In this document: positions 37,285 through 47,389 of the stretch, piece by piece
How positions within the stretch are numbered: position 1 is the stretch's first letter
Layout: every line of letters starts with the position of its first letter
Source: an uncultured bacterium
GTDB taxonomy: Bacteria; Verrucomicrobiota; Kiritimatiellia; CAIVKH01
Direction: 5' to 3'
Assembly: GCA_937958885.1 (NCBI GenBank)
Contig: CALGMT010000026.1
Span: 32,468 to 96,467 of the forward strand
Length of the DNA: 64,000 nucleotides
The notes under the pieces: model-generated
Seen by the model: the letters and a program-made list of their open reading frames with translations, nothing else
Databases searched by the model: none
What the model was told of the DNA's origin: nothing
Program-made: the position numbers and the translations under genes

Positions 37285-40200
37285 ATGAGTACACGGACGT
37301 TGAAATGGATGCTTTTAGGGGGATGGATTGGATTGGCCTTGGGCCTTTCGGCGGTCGCGGGACCGCACGATATCATTTCCCGGTTGGAGGGGAATCCGGG
37401 ATACTCGTTTTTCCCAAGTCCGTCAGACTGGCGCGATGTGAACATGTATCAGTTGTTCACCGACCGTTTTTACGACGGCAATCAGGCCAACAACCTCGCG
37501 CGCCAATCGACCGCCGGCGTGCCGTGGTACAACGTGTCCGGCAGCAACCATGAGACGAACCGACATTTTGCGCAGGGCGGCGACTGGGCGGGGATCAAGC
37601 AGAAGCTGCCCTATCTCAAGGGAATGGGGGTCAATGCGATCTGGATATCCGGCGTTCAGATCAACGAGCAGGGGATCGACAAGCGCTTCACGCCGTATCA
37701 CGCGTATCACCCGTCCGATTTCTACAAAGTCGAGCCGCTCTTCGGCACGTTCGCCGAGCTGAAAGACCTGATCGACACCGCACACAGCAACGGCGTCTAT
37801 GTGATCATCGATGTGGTGGTCAACCACATGGCGGACTTGCTGAAGTACACCGATTGCAACTGCAACTATGCGGGCTATTGCGCCAACAACTGCGGGCAGC
37901 TCGCCTATTGGGACAACAACGTCCGATTCGGCGCGCCGTTCGACAACCCCGCGCTGTTCCACAACAACGGCACGATCGGCGACAGCGACTGGGACACCTA
38001 TCCGCGCTACATCAACGGCGCGTTTCTCGGCACGGAGGATTTGAAGACGGAAGACCCGTTCGTTCAAAGCGAGCTCAAGAAGGCGTTCAAACATCTGATC
38101 GACGCGACGGATTGCGACGGCTTCCGCGTGGATGCGATCAAGCACATGGAATACAATTTCATCAAGGATTGGGCGCACGAGATGCGCGTGCACGCGGCCG
38201 CGCGCGGCAAGACGAATTTCATCCTGTTTGGCGAGTATTTCTCCTACGACGACAACACGCAGGCGTCGTACTGCAAAGACGAGGGCTATTCGTTCAACTC
38301 GACGCTTTGGTTTCCGATGCAGATGACGCTGAAGAATGTCTTCGCGTTCGAGCAGGGGACGGTCCAGCTCGAGCAGCGCATGAACGCGATGAACCTCTAC
38401 GGCGAGGCGAAGGACAAGCTCGTCGCCTTCCTCGACAACCACGACGTGGACCGCATCGCGCTGGAGGCGGGTCCGCAGTGGGAGGCGAAATTGCGCCCCG
38501 GCCTGACGTTCCTCTACACCGCGCTGCCGGTGCCGTGCCTGTTTTATGGCACGGAGCACGGCTTCAATCAGGGCGAGCGCCGGAACGGATCGCCGGTGCT
38601 GGGCCTGGCCGATTTTCAGCGCGAGAACATGATGAACTTCGGCTTTCAATGGGGCAACGCATACGGCGACAAGTTTTTCGCGAGCCCGCTTTACAACCAC
38701 ATCAAGAAGCTCAACGAGCTGCGCGCGCAGTATCCGTCGCTCCGGCGAGGCGCGATAACGCAGCGCTGGTCTGAGGGCGGCAAAGGGTTGTTCGCATTTA
38801 CGCGCACGCTCGGGCAGGAGGAGGCGCTCGTCGCGTTCAATACCGATTGGACCAGCAAGTCGATGAACCCGCAGGTGGCCAAGCCGAACGGCACCGTGTT
38901 CGTGAATGCGCTGAATCCGTCCGAGCAGGTGACGGTGGCGGGCGGACGCCTGTCGTTCTCCGTGGCGGGCAAGGAGTCGAAAATCTTTGTCGCCGGCGCG
39001 GGCTCTTCCTCCGTCAGCACGACGTGCAACGCGACGACCTTGAACATCACCTACACGCCGAACGCGGGCCCCCTGGCCGCGCCGGTGGGGAATGTGCGTT
39101 TGGGGCTCGTCCGCAATTCGGACACGGGGCATATCGATGTGGTGATGACGAAGGTGGCGAACGATTGGATTTACGCGTATCCGCTCACCTCCGGCACGAC
39201 CAGCGTTCGCTTTTGGTTTCGGGATGAGGCCGTCCCTCCGACGTACGACAATCGCGGCGGACAGGATTGGATCGTGGACACCAGCGGCTGCGGGTTGCCG
39301 ACGGTGGATCTCGCGTGGATCGGCAATGAGTATCACTGGCCGCCGAACGGCGATCTCGACGCGGGCGAGACGCTGTGGATCAACGTCGAGTCCTGGCCGC
39401 AGGGCGCGGCGATTGATGGGCAAGTGGTCTATCAAGTCAATGGCGGCGCGTGGAATTCGGTTCCGCTGGTCTGGAATGGCACCGCGGGGAATAACGATGC
39501 CTGGCATCGAAACCTCGGTTCATTCCCCGGCGGCGCGACGATCAAATACGCGATCAGCCTGCGCGGTCGAAACGGCGACCTCTGGCTGAACAACAACAAC
39601 CAGGACTACACGGCGACCGTCAATGCCAGCCCGAACGGCGTGCAGTGGATCGGCAACACGCATCACTGGCCGGAAAACGGCGCGATCGAGCCGGATAGCG
39701 ATCTATGGATCAACATCGAATCCTGGCCGATCGGCGCGGCGGTCACCGGCGAGGTGGTGTATTCCTATGACGGCGGCGCGACCTGGTTCGCGCGGGGCTT
39801 GAGGAAGAACGGGACTATCGCGAACAACGATTGGCTAAACAGCAACCTTGGTCAATTCCCGCCGAGCGCGACCGTGCGCTACGCGGTGAAGGTCACCGAC
39901 GGCGATGGCGTCGATCACTGGGACAACAACAACGGCAGCAACTTCGTCGCGTTGATCAACGCCGCGTCGTCGTCGCTGCGATGGTTCGGCAACACCAAGC
40001 CCGGCGGTGTGAGAAAGCCGGAGGCCGGCATCGGTATGAACCCGGCCACGCGCAAGGTGCAGGTCGAGATGGAAAACCTGACCAGCAACGCGCTTTACAG
40101 CATCCTCGTTTCGCAAAATCTGATGACCTGGTCGAATCTCGCCTCCGTCGCGGCGGATGAACCGGTCGAAATCATGGAATTGCTGAATGATCCCGTGCAG

Positions 40201-41721
40201 GGCCCCTTCGCGGCCTTCGCCATTCGCGTCGATTGGACGCCTGCCGTCGCGGTCTATGACGGCGAAGAAGCGATGGTTAGCGTGGAAACGTGGCCTATCG
40301 GCGGCGCGACAGGCGCGACCATCGTGTTCAGCTCGGATGGCGGGACGAACTGGCACGCGCGTCCGATGCGCAAGTCCGGCACGCGCGGCAACAACGACGT
40401 CTGGACCGTCTCGCTCGGCAACTTTCCGATCGGAACGACCGTTCGCTATGCCATTGAAATCATGGACGACCAGGCGCAGGCCCAGTGGGACAACAATAAC
40501 GGACAGGACCACCGCTTTACGGTGCTCGACCCGAACCAGACGGACTTCAATCCGCCGACGACGGGCTACAGTCCGTCCAATCTGACGACGTCGGCGTCGA
40601 CGTTGGGCGTGACCTTGACCGCGTCGGACGACATCGATCCTAACCCGACGATCTACTACACGACGAACGGTTCCACGCCGACGACCGGCAGCGCGGTCTA
40701 TTCGGGGCCGATTCTGGTGACCGACCAAGGTTCGGGCATCGACATGACCATCAAGTTTTTCGCGCGCGACGCGTCGGGCAACAACTCGGCCGTCGTCACG
40801 CTGGACGTGCGCGTCAACCATACGACCGCATTCGGCGCCGACAAACCGTATTCGACCAACCCGACGCTCGGCCGCCGGGTGCCCAACGGGTCGATCACCA
40901 TCGATGGCGCGAACAGCGGCGAGTGGACCACGAATAATCTGATCGCGCTCGACATGGCAAACGACGACCCTCGTTCGCTCGGGTCGAACTGGACGATGCA
41001 CGAAGCGCCGATCGACCTCACGCATATGTGGGCGGCGTGGGACGACAACTATCTCTATCTCGCCTGGCAGTACGTCGATGTGACGGACATCATCGATCCG
41101 GCAAATGCCGGCAGCGCCGGCGGCGGGAAAATCTCCAATAACGACGGCATCTTGCAGTGGATCGTCCTCGACACGATTCCCGGCGCGGGCTCGACGAACG
41201 ACATGTGGAACAAGAAGAACCACTGGGCCGGGTCGCATCGGCCGGACTATCAAATCTATCTCGCGGGCAGTCTGTGGCAGGGCTACATCTCGCGCGCGGT
41301 GGGCGGCGTGTTTCCGGTCGATGACGGCGGCGTGAACTACCGCACCATTGCGGGCGCGGGGATCACGGTGGCGAAGGGCAACCTTTTCGCGGCAAACGCG
41401 CTTTGGGGGGTGGGTGACGCGGATGACCGTTTCAATCCGGGCGCGCCGAACCGCAATTTCCTCGCGGAGGGCCACAACACCGCGCGCGACAGTTTCTATG
41501 AGATGCGCATACCGCTGTCCTACCTGAACGTGACCGCCGCGCAGTTGGAGGCCGGCGGAATCGGTGTGATGATTGGCGGCGGATCCTTGTCGACGATGGA
41601 TTCGATTCCAAACGATCCGGCCACGTCCGACACGCCCGGCGTCGAGTCCTACAACTCGTCCTTTGAGTGGGCTGATCGGGACGTCTTCACCGTTCCGTTC
41701 GCGCGCATAGGCGCGGACTGA
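37285..41721 (+). CDS. Secreted multidomain GH13 alpha-amylase with four tandem CBM25-like starch-binding repeats and a C-terminal chitobiase/Fn3-like region
   Basis: Signal peptide after ATG 37285. GH13 regions DVVVNH, GFRVDAIKH, GEYF, FLDNHD. Four ~100-aa repeats each ending in ...WDNNNG. TIYYTTNGSTPT CHB_HEX_C-like segment. Confidence 0.85.
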   Translation: MSTRTLKWMLLGGWIGLALGLSAVAGPHDIISRLEGNPGYSFFPSPSDWRDVNMYQLFTDRFYDGNQANNLARQSTAGVPWYNVSGSNHETNRHFAQGGDWAGIKQKLPYLKGMGVNAIWISGVQINEQGIDKRFTPYHAYHPSDFYKVEPLFGTFAELKDLIDTAHSNGVYVIIDVVVNHMADLLKYTDCNCNYAGYCANNCGQLAYWDNNVRFGAPFDNPALFHNNGTIGDSDWDTYPRYINGAFLGTEDLKTEDPFVQSELKKAFKHLIDATDCDGFRVDAIKHMEYNFIKDWAHEMRVHAAARGKTNFILFGEYFSYDDNTQASYCKDEGYSFNSTLWFPMQMTLKNVFAFEQGTVQLEQRMNAMNLYGEAKDKLVAFLDNHDVDRIALEAGPQWEAKLRPGLTFLYTALPVPCLFYGTEHGFNQGERRNGSPVLGLADFQRENMMNFGFQWGNAYGDKFFASPLYNHIKKLNELRAQYPSLRRGAITQRWSEGGKGLFAFTRTLGQEEALVAFNTDWTSKSMNPQVAKPNGTVFVNALNPSEQVTVAGGRLSFSVAGKESKIFVAGAGSSSVSTTCNATTLNITYTPNAGPLAAPVGNVRLGLVRNSDTGHIDVVMTKVANDWIYAYPLTSGTTSVRFWFRDEAVPPTYDNRGGQDWIVDTSGCGLPTVDLAWIGNEYHWPPNGDLDAGETLWINVESWPQGAAIDGQVVYQVNGGAWNSVPLVWNGTAGNNDAWHRNLGSFPGGATIKYAISLRGRNGDLWLNNNNQDYTATVNASPNGVQWIGNTHHWPENGAIEPDSDLWINIESWPIGAAVTGEVVYSYDGGATWFARGLRKNGTIANNDWLNSNLGQFPPSATVRYAVKVTDGDGVDHWDNNNGSNFVALINAASSSLRWFGNTKPGGVRKPEAGIGMNPATRKVQVEMENLTSNALYSILVSQNLMTWSNLASVAADEPVEIMELLNDPVQGPFAAFAIRVDWTPAVAVYDGEEAMVSVETWPIGGATGATIVFSSDGGTNWHARPMRKSGTRGNNDVWTVSLGNFPIGTTVRYAIEIMDDQAQAQWDNNNGQDHRFTVLDPNQTDFNPPTTGYSPSNLTTSASTLGVTLTASDDIDPNPTIYYTTNGSTPTTGSAVYSGPILVTDQGSGIDMTIKFFARDASGNNSAVVTLDVRVNHTTAFGADKPYSTNPTLGRRVPNGSITIDGANSGEWTTNNLIALDMANDDPRSLGSNWTMHEAPIDLTHMWAAWDDNYLYLAWQYVDVTDIIDPANAGSAGGGKISNNDGILQWIVLDTIPGAGSTNDMWNKKNHWAGSHRPDYQIYLAGSLWQGYISRAVGGVFPVDDGGVNYRTIAGAGITVAKGNLFAANALWGVGDADDRFNPGAPNRNFLAEGHNTARDSFYEMRIPLSYLNVTAAQLEAGGIGVMIGGGSLSTMDSIPNDPATSDTPGVESYNSSFEWADRDVFTVPFARIGAD

Positions 41722-41746
41722 TTATGGAATTCAGAAGGACTAACGG

Positions 41747-43222
41747 TCAGCGCCAGACGGTCAGGTCGGGGCGGGGCGGGCGGTAGGGCAGGACAAAACT
41801 GCCGACGTAGCCCACGGCAAGTGTAACGAACAGCGAGAGCGGGAAATAGTAAATCCAGTGCACCTCGGTGCGGTGTTGGACCAGCAGGTTCGCGCCCACC
41901 GCGAGCAGCGCGCCGATCAGCCACGGGACGAATTGCGCGCGGCGCGTGAGCATCCCGAGCAGGAAGAGCGCGAGGATCGGCGCGTTGAAGAGGCTGATGA
42001 GGCTTGTATAGGCCTTGATCAGATGACCGAAACTCGCGATGTAAAACGAAACGCCCGTGGCGAAAATCCCCAGCGCAAAGGTCAGGGTTCGCGCGAGGCG
42101 GAGGTCGCGCCGCTCATCCGCCGGGCCCGCGCGGAGCGGCTTGACGAAATCGTTGATGATGACGGTTGAAATGCAACTGATGCCGGAATCCATGCTCGAC
42201 ATTGCGGCGGCGAAAAGCGCGGTGATCAGCAGCCCGGAGACGCCGTCGGGCAGGGCGTGAATGATGTAGTAAGGGAGAATCTGGTCGCGCGCGAGGCCGT
42301 CGGGCAGGCGTTCCGGAAATGCGGCGTGGTAGGCGAAGAGCCCGAGTCCGATGAACAGCAACGCTGCGATGATGACGAAGTCCACGACTGCATTGAATAC
42401 GAGCGCCTTGCCGACCCCGCGCATCGTCGGCACCGCCATCATGCGTTGCACGGTGGTCTGATCGGTGCCGTAGTCCTGCATCAGTTGGAAGAAATACGTG
42501 ACGGCCACAATCACGCCGCTCATCGCATAGAGATCTAAATCGAGATTGAGCACGTGCAGCCGGCCGGTTTCGGAAGCCAGCCGAAGGATGCCCGCCGCGC
42601 CGTCAGGCACGCGCGTCACGAGGGTGGCGATCAGCCACGCGACGCCGCCGATCATGATCACGAATTGAATCACGTCCGTCCAAATGTCGGCCGCGAGACC
42701 GCCGAGCGTGGTGTAGAGCGTTGCCAGCAAGCCCATGGCGAGCAGACAGAACGCGAGGGGAATGCCGGTCACCACGGAGAGCGCGAGCGCGGGGGCGTAG
42801 ATGACGGTGCCGAGCCAGCCGAGACGCGCCAGGATGAAGAGCGCCGATACGGAGAAGCGCGCGGCGCGTCCGAAGCGGTGGGCGACGTATTCGTACGAGG
42901 TCGTCACGCGCAAGCGTTGATAAAACGGATAAAACAGCACAATCAGGAACGGCGCGACCAGCGGGCTCACCAGGCTGACAACCAGGAAGGAGATGTTCTC
43001 CTGATATGCCGTCGCCGGGAGGGCCATAAACGTGATCGCGCTGGTGAGCGAGGCGTACATGCTCATCGCGACGACCAGCCAGGGCATGCGGCGTCCGGCG
43101 AGGAAGAAATCCTCCGTGTTCCGCTGGCGGCGCGCGAACCGGATCCCGACGCCGATCATCGCCGCGAGATACACGGCCAGGATGGCATAGTTCAACGGAC
43201 TGAAACCGGCGTGATCGTTCAT
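41747..43222 (-). CDS. Sodium:solute symporter family (SSF) transporter
   Basis: 13-14 TM helices; SSF-type N-terminus (GR.M....VA.S..AS). Confidence 0.85.
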   Translation of the reverse strand: MNDHAGFSPLNYAILAVYLAAMIGVGIRFARRQRNTEDFFLAGRRMPWLVVAMSMYASLTSAITFMALPATAYQENISFLVVSLVSPLVAPFLIVLFYPFYQRLRVTTSYEYVAHRFGRAARFSVSALFILARLGWLGTVIYAPALALSVVTGIPLAFCLLAMGLLATLYTTLGGLAADIWTDVIQFVIMIGGVAWLIATLVTRVPDGAAGILRLASETGRLHVLNLDLDLYAMSGVIVAVTYFFQLMQDYGTDQTTVQRMMAVPTMRGVGKALVFNAVVDFVIIAALLFIGLGLFAYHAAFPERLPDGLARDQILPYYIIHALPDGVSGLLITALFAAAMSSMDSGISCISTVIINDFVKPLRAGPADERRDLRLARTLTFALGIFATGVSFYIASFGHLIKAYTSLISLFNAPILALFLLGMLTRRAQFVPWLIGALLAVGANLLVQHRTEVHWIYYFPLSLFVTLAVGYVGSFVLPYRPPRPDLTVWR

Positions 43223-43244
43223 GGGTCCACCGTGTGAGAGGTCT

Positions 43245-44159
43245 TCATGGGCTGTTTCCGAGTGAAATCTCGATCATCTGGCGTCGGTGATCGCTCAACG
43301 GGGCGCTGCGCAGGCGGTAGCGGTGGATGGCGAGTTCGGGCGTCAGCCATGCATGATCGATCGCATAGAGCGGGATGGGCAGCGGCCAGGTGTACGGCCA
43401 TCCGCGGCCCGCCGCTTCATACGCGTGGCGCATATGCCGGCGGATTTCGCGGAACGCGCGGGAGTCGCGCGGCGTATTGAAATCGCCGATCAGCAACAGG
43501 GGGACGTTCTCCTCGCGCTCGGCGATCCAGCGCGAGAGTGGCGCGAGCGCGGCAGCGCGATCGATGGCCGGATGCGAGAGAATATCCACGATCACCAGAT
43601 CCAGCGCGCCTGTTGGCGTTTCGATTCGCACACCCCATGCGAAGCCGTCTTTGATCGGCACCTGCTCCATCGGCGCGAACGGGTAGCGGGACAGCACCAC
43701 CATGCCGTGCGCCTGCTTCGTATGCGAAAGACCCAGCTCACGCTCGGAGAAAAAGGGGATGTCCTGCGATTGCCGCGCCTCCGACAGGACGACGAGGTCG
43801 GGCCTGTACGGCGCAAGCGTCTCCAACAGCGGCACGAAGCCGAAATTGGCGTGTGCGACATTCCAGTGGGCCACGCGCAGCGCGTGCGGCGGAGGCGGAG
43901 TGGGGCGATTCCAGCGGCTGTCCACGGCGAGCGTTTTGACGAGCGCGATGCCGGTCAGCGCGAGGACCGCGATATTGCGCGCGCGCGTGACGCGGCGCAT
44001 GCGCACAAGCCACTCGATCACTCCATACGCCGCGACCGCGGGCGCCGGAATGAAATACAGCCACAACAACGGCGGCGGCCGATCGCCGAGAATCCAGCCC
44101 GCGAGCCATGCGAGCGCGCACATCGGAAACAAGGAGCGTCTCAGAACTCGCATGGGCAT
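43245..44159 (-). CDS. Membrane-anchored endonuclease/exonuclease/phosphatase (EEP) domain protein, paralog 1
   Basis: N-terminal TM helices; C-terminal EEP motifs (GDFN...DH). Start chosen at the internal ATG (MPMRVL...) to avoid overlap with paralog 2. Confidence 0.55.
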   Translation of the reverse strand: MPMRVLRRSLFPMCALAWLAGWILGDRPPPLLWLYFIPAPAVAAYGVIEWLVRMRRVTRARNIAVLALTGIALVKTLAVDSRWNRPTPPPPHALRVAHWNVAHANFGFVPLLETLAPYRPDLVVLSEARQSQDIPFFSERELGLSHTKQAHGMVVLSRYPFAPMEQVPIKDGFAWGVRIETPTGALDLVIVDILSHPAIDRAAALAPLSRWIAEREENVPLLLIGDFNTPRDSRAFREIRRHMRHAYEAAGRGWPYTWPLPIPLYAIDHAWLTPELAIHRYRLRSAPLSDHRRQMIEISLGNSP

Positions 44160-44169
44160 GCCCGTCCGT

Positions 44170-45090
44170 CTATCGCGAATCCGCGCGCGACAGGATGGCG
44201 AAATGGCGCAAATGCGTCGCATGGCGCGACCACCGATACCCGACGCCGTGCGCCGTCCACTCGCCGGACATCCACAGATGATCCCGGCCATACAGGGGCA
44301 GGCGGGCGGGATAAGAATAGGGCCAGCCGAACCCGGCCTTTTCATACGCAGGTTGCATGAGGCGTCGGAGGGGACGCCAAACGGCGTCCGTGCGCTCGCG
44401 GGCGTTGCCGCAGGCCAGGATCAGCGGTCGCGCCTCGGGATGTGTCCGGATGAACTCCTCCAACGCGCGGACCTGCGGCGCGCCGAGGGTCTCGCCCTCG
44501 GCGTCGAGGGCGAGCAGATACACCGCGCCAGCCGGATCGTTCACGCGCAGAAAGATCGTCTCGATCGCGCCGAACTGCGGCGGCGTCAGCGGGTCCATCG
44601 GGAATCGCGATATGACGAGGATAGCGTCGCGGCGTATCGCGAAATTCAAGCGGAGCCGCCGCGCGATGTCGAGTTGACGAAGCGTCGCGAGATTCTCCGG
44701 CGGATGATGAAACACGACAACATGCGGGCGCTCGCGGTCCAGTTCGGATAGGAGTCGATCGCCCGCGATTCCCGTGGCAAGCGTCCACTGCACGATGCGG
44801 AAGGTGGGGCGATCCGAAGGGTCGATGCGGCGATGCAGCCCGGCGTCGCGCGCGAGGGCCGCCGCGAGCAGCGCCGCCGCAAGTCCGCCCGCGAAGCGCG
44901 CGCGGGATCCTGCGGTCCACAGCCAGAGAACCGCGGCAACAAGCGACACGGGAACCGGAAGGAGGCGCGGCCACGCGGGCGCGGTCGAAGAGAGCATCGG
45001 CCACCAGACCGACAATCCCGCGACGGCGACGAGTCCGGCCAGCCAGGCGACCGCCCGGCGAAGCGGGCGCGTCTGACTTGGCGCGGTCAC
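44170..45090 (-). CDS. Membrane-anchored EEP domain protein, paralog 2
   Basis: Similar architecture and shared GWPY(S/T)(Y/W)P motif with paralog 1. Confidence 0.55.
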   Translation of the reverse strand: MTAPSQTRPLRRAVAWLAGLVAVAGLSVWWPMLSSTAPAWPRLLPVPVSLVAAVLWLWTAGSRARFAGGLAAALLAAALARDAGLHRRIDPSDRPTFRIVQWTLATGIAGDRLLSELDRERPHVVVFHHPPENLATLRQLDIARRLRLNFAIRRDAILVISRFPMDPLTPPQFGAIETIFLRVNDPAGAVYLLALDAEGETLGAPQVRALEEFIRTHPEARPLILACGNARERTDAVWRPLRRLMQPAYEKAGFGWPYSYPARLPLYGRDHLWMSGEWTAHGVGYRWSRHATHLRHFAILSRADSR

Positions 45091-46376
45091 AGCAGGTTGG
45101 CCGCGAGCTCCGCGACTTCAGACCGCACGCCGCGCCCGAGCACGATGTGCGCGGCGACATTATGCGGGCGGAATTTCTCGACGACGGAGGAGAGTCCGTT
45201 GGACATGCTGTCGAGGAACGGATTGTCGATCTGATAAATGTCGCCCGTGAGCACGATCTTCGTGCCGGGGCCGACGCGGGTCAGCACGGTCTTGGCTTCG
45301 AGCGGCGTGAGGTTCTGCGCTTCGTCCACAACGATGAACTGGTTCGGAATGCTGCGCCCGCGGATGTAGGTTAGCGGTTCGATGCCGATCCGATCGTCCT
45401 CGTCCTTGTTGCCGTCCCTGCTGCGTTTCCAGATGCGGCCGCCGGTCGAAAGGAAATCGAGCGCGTCGTAAATCGGCTGCATCCACGGATTGAGTTTCTC
45501 CTCCAGCGTGCCCGGCAGAAACCCGATATCCTTGCCCATCGGAATCGTGGGTCGGCAGATCAACATGCGCCGGTAGCGTTTTTCGTGCATGGTCTTGAAC
45601 ACTGCTGCGGCGACAGCGAGCAGCGTCTTGCCGGTGCCGGCCTTGCCGATAATCGTGACGACTTTGATATTGTCGTTCAGCAGCTCGTCCATCGCGTAGT
45701 GCTGTTCCTTGTTGCGCGGCTGGACGGGTTTGACCTCGTCGGGGCAGGGGATCAGCGGCACGAGCAGCTTGGATTCGCCGTCGAATCGCACCAGCACGGT
45801 GTGGTTGGGATCCGTCTCGGACCGCAACAAAACATATTGGTTCGGAGAAAGCGAAGCGCCTTCCGGCGGCGCGATCTTTCCGTCGCGGCGGAAGGTCTCC
45901 AGCGCCTCCGCGGGCGCGGTGACCTCGGTGTGGCCGGTGTAGAGTTCGGAGATGTCGACGCGATCGTTTTCGTAGTCCTCCGCCTCCAGTCCGAGCGCGT
46001 CGGCCTTCAGGCGCAGGTTGATGTCCTTGCTGACGACGATGCAGGGCAGGGGCTCCGACTTGGAGAGCTGCATCGCCAGTTCGAGAATCTGGTCGTCCGC
46101 GCTGAGCCCGTTTTTGTAGGTCTGACCCGGAAAAGCGATTCGCAGCGTGCCGCCATACGACAGCTCGACGCCTTTATTGAGCTTGCCGTGCTGGCGAAGT
46201 TCGTCGAGCAGGCGGGACACATGGCGGGCGTTGCGGCCGAGTTCGCTCTGGTCCTTCTTGAAGTGGTCGATTTCCTCGATGACCTTCAGCGGGATGATGA
46301 CATTGTTATCCGTGAAACGCTGGATGGCCGTGGCTTCGTGCAGCAGGACGTTGGTATCGAGAATAAAGTTTTTCTT
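45087..46376 (-). CDS. PhoH2-type protein (N-terminal PIN domain fused to PhoH-like P-loop ATPase)
   Basis: ILDTNVLLHE PIN motif; Walker A GKAGTGKT; PhoH-family C-terminus. Confidence 0.85.
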   Translation of the reverse strand, partial: KKNFILDTNVLLHEATAIQRFTDNNVIIPLKVIEEIDHFKKDQSELGRNARHVSRLLDELRQHGKLNKGVELSYGGTLRIAFPGQTYKNGLSADDQILELAMQLSKSEPLPCIVVSKDINLRLKADALGLEAEDYENDRVDISELYTGHTEVTAPAEALETFRRDGKIAPPEGASLSPNQYVLLRSETDPNHTVLVRFDGESKLLVPLIPCPDEVKPVQPRNKEQHYAMDELLNDNIKVVTIIGKAGTGKTLLAVAAAVFKTMHEKRYRRMLICRPTIPMGKDIGFLPGTLEEKLNPWMQPIYDALDFLSTGGRIWKRSRDGNKDEDDRIGIEPLTYIRGRSIPNQFIVVDEAQNLTPLEAKTVLTRVGPGTKIVLTGDIYQIDNPFLDSMSNGLSSVVEKFRPHNVAAHIVLGRGVRSEVAELAANLL

Positions 46377-46402
46377 CATGCGGAATCGCCATACTCCTTG
46401 GG

Positions 46403-47383
46403 TCAGAGCCAGTTCTTTTTGCGCAGGAACCAATAAATCAAGCCGGTGATCAGGGCGTTCAACCCCAGGATATACGCATAGGCGTAGGGCCACGAAGGCC
46501 ACTCTTCATTCGGGAAGTGCTGGATGTTCATGCCGTAGAAGCTGCTGATCACGACGATCGGCAGCGACAGCGTCGCGAGCACCGTCAGCACCTTCACGAC
46601 CTGGTTGGTCTCGGCCTGCTGCATGTTCAACTGCACCGTGATCAAATTCGTCAGGGCGTCGCGATAGCCGTCCGTCTGTGCGCCGAGCCGGATCATGGTG
46701 TCGTGCAGATCGCGGAAGTAGGGGACCAGATGCGCGCGGATGATCTTGAACTCGCCGCGCGCGATGCGCCCCAGCGTTTCCCGTTGCGGGCCGAGAATGG
46801 TGCGGAGCCGGGCCACCTCGCTTTTCGCGCGCAGCACATTGGCGAGAAAGTCCCGGCTCTTCGTGTTGACGGCGTCGGCCTCGATTTCGGCGATTTCGCT
46901 TGAGAGGCGCTCAATGGCCGGGTTGTATCCATCCAACATGAAATCGAGGATCGTATAGGTCAGCCGGTCCGGGGCGCGGGCGACGGTGGAGGAATGCTTG
47001 AGCACGCGGTCGATCGTTTGCGCGATGCACCGCATCGGGCGGTCGTGATAGGTGACGAGGAAGTTTTTCCCGATGAAAATGTTCAGTTCGTTCGTCTCGA
47101 AGCGATGAGCGGCGGCGGAAAAGTCCACCGCGTGCATGACAAGGAACAGATAGCCCTCGTATTCCTCCACCTTCGGCTGTTCGGAGACCGACACGCAGTC
47201 TTCGATCGCGAGCGGGTGAAAGTTGAACATGCCCTCGAGCAGGGTCTTGTTTTCCTCCGGCGTGGCCTGCTCGACATCGACCCAGATTTGGGCGTCCTCG
47301 TCGATCAACATGACCTTGAGGAAGTCCAGCCCGAGATCCTGCCCCACCAGCTTGCCGTGGCTGAATACAAACGATCGGATCAT
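46403..47383 (-). CDS. corA: Magnesium/cobalt transporter CorA
   Basis: YGMNIQHFPNE (GMN motif) before two C-terminal TM helices. Confidence 0.85.
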   Translation of the reverse strand: MIRSFVFSHGKLVGQDLGLDFLKVMLIDEDAQIWVDVEQATPEENKTLLEGMFNFHPLAIEDCVSVSEQPKVEEYEGYLFLVMHAVDFSAAAHRFETNELNIFIGKNFLVTYHDRPMRCIAQTIDRVLKHSSTVARAPDRLTYTILDFMLDGYNPAIERLSSEIAEIEADAVNTKSRDFLANVLRAKSEVARLRTILGPQRETLGRIARGEFKIIRAHLVPYFRDLHDTMIRLGAQTDGYRDALTNLITVQLNMQQAETNQVVKVLTVLATLSLPIVVISSFYGMNIQHFPNEEWPSWPYAYAYILGLNALITGLIYWFLRKKNWL

Positions 47384-47389
47384 CGCGGT

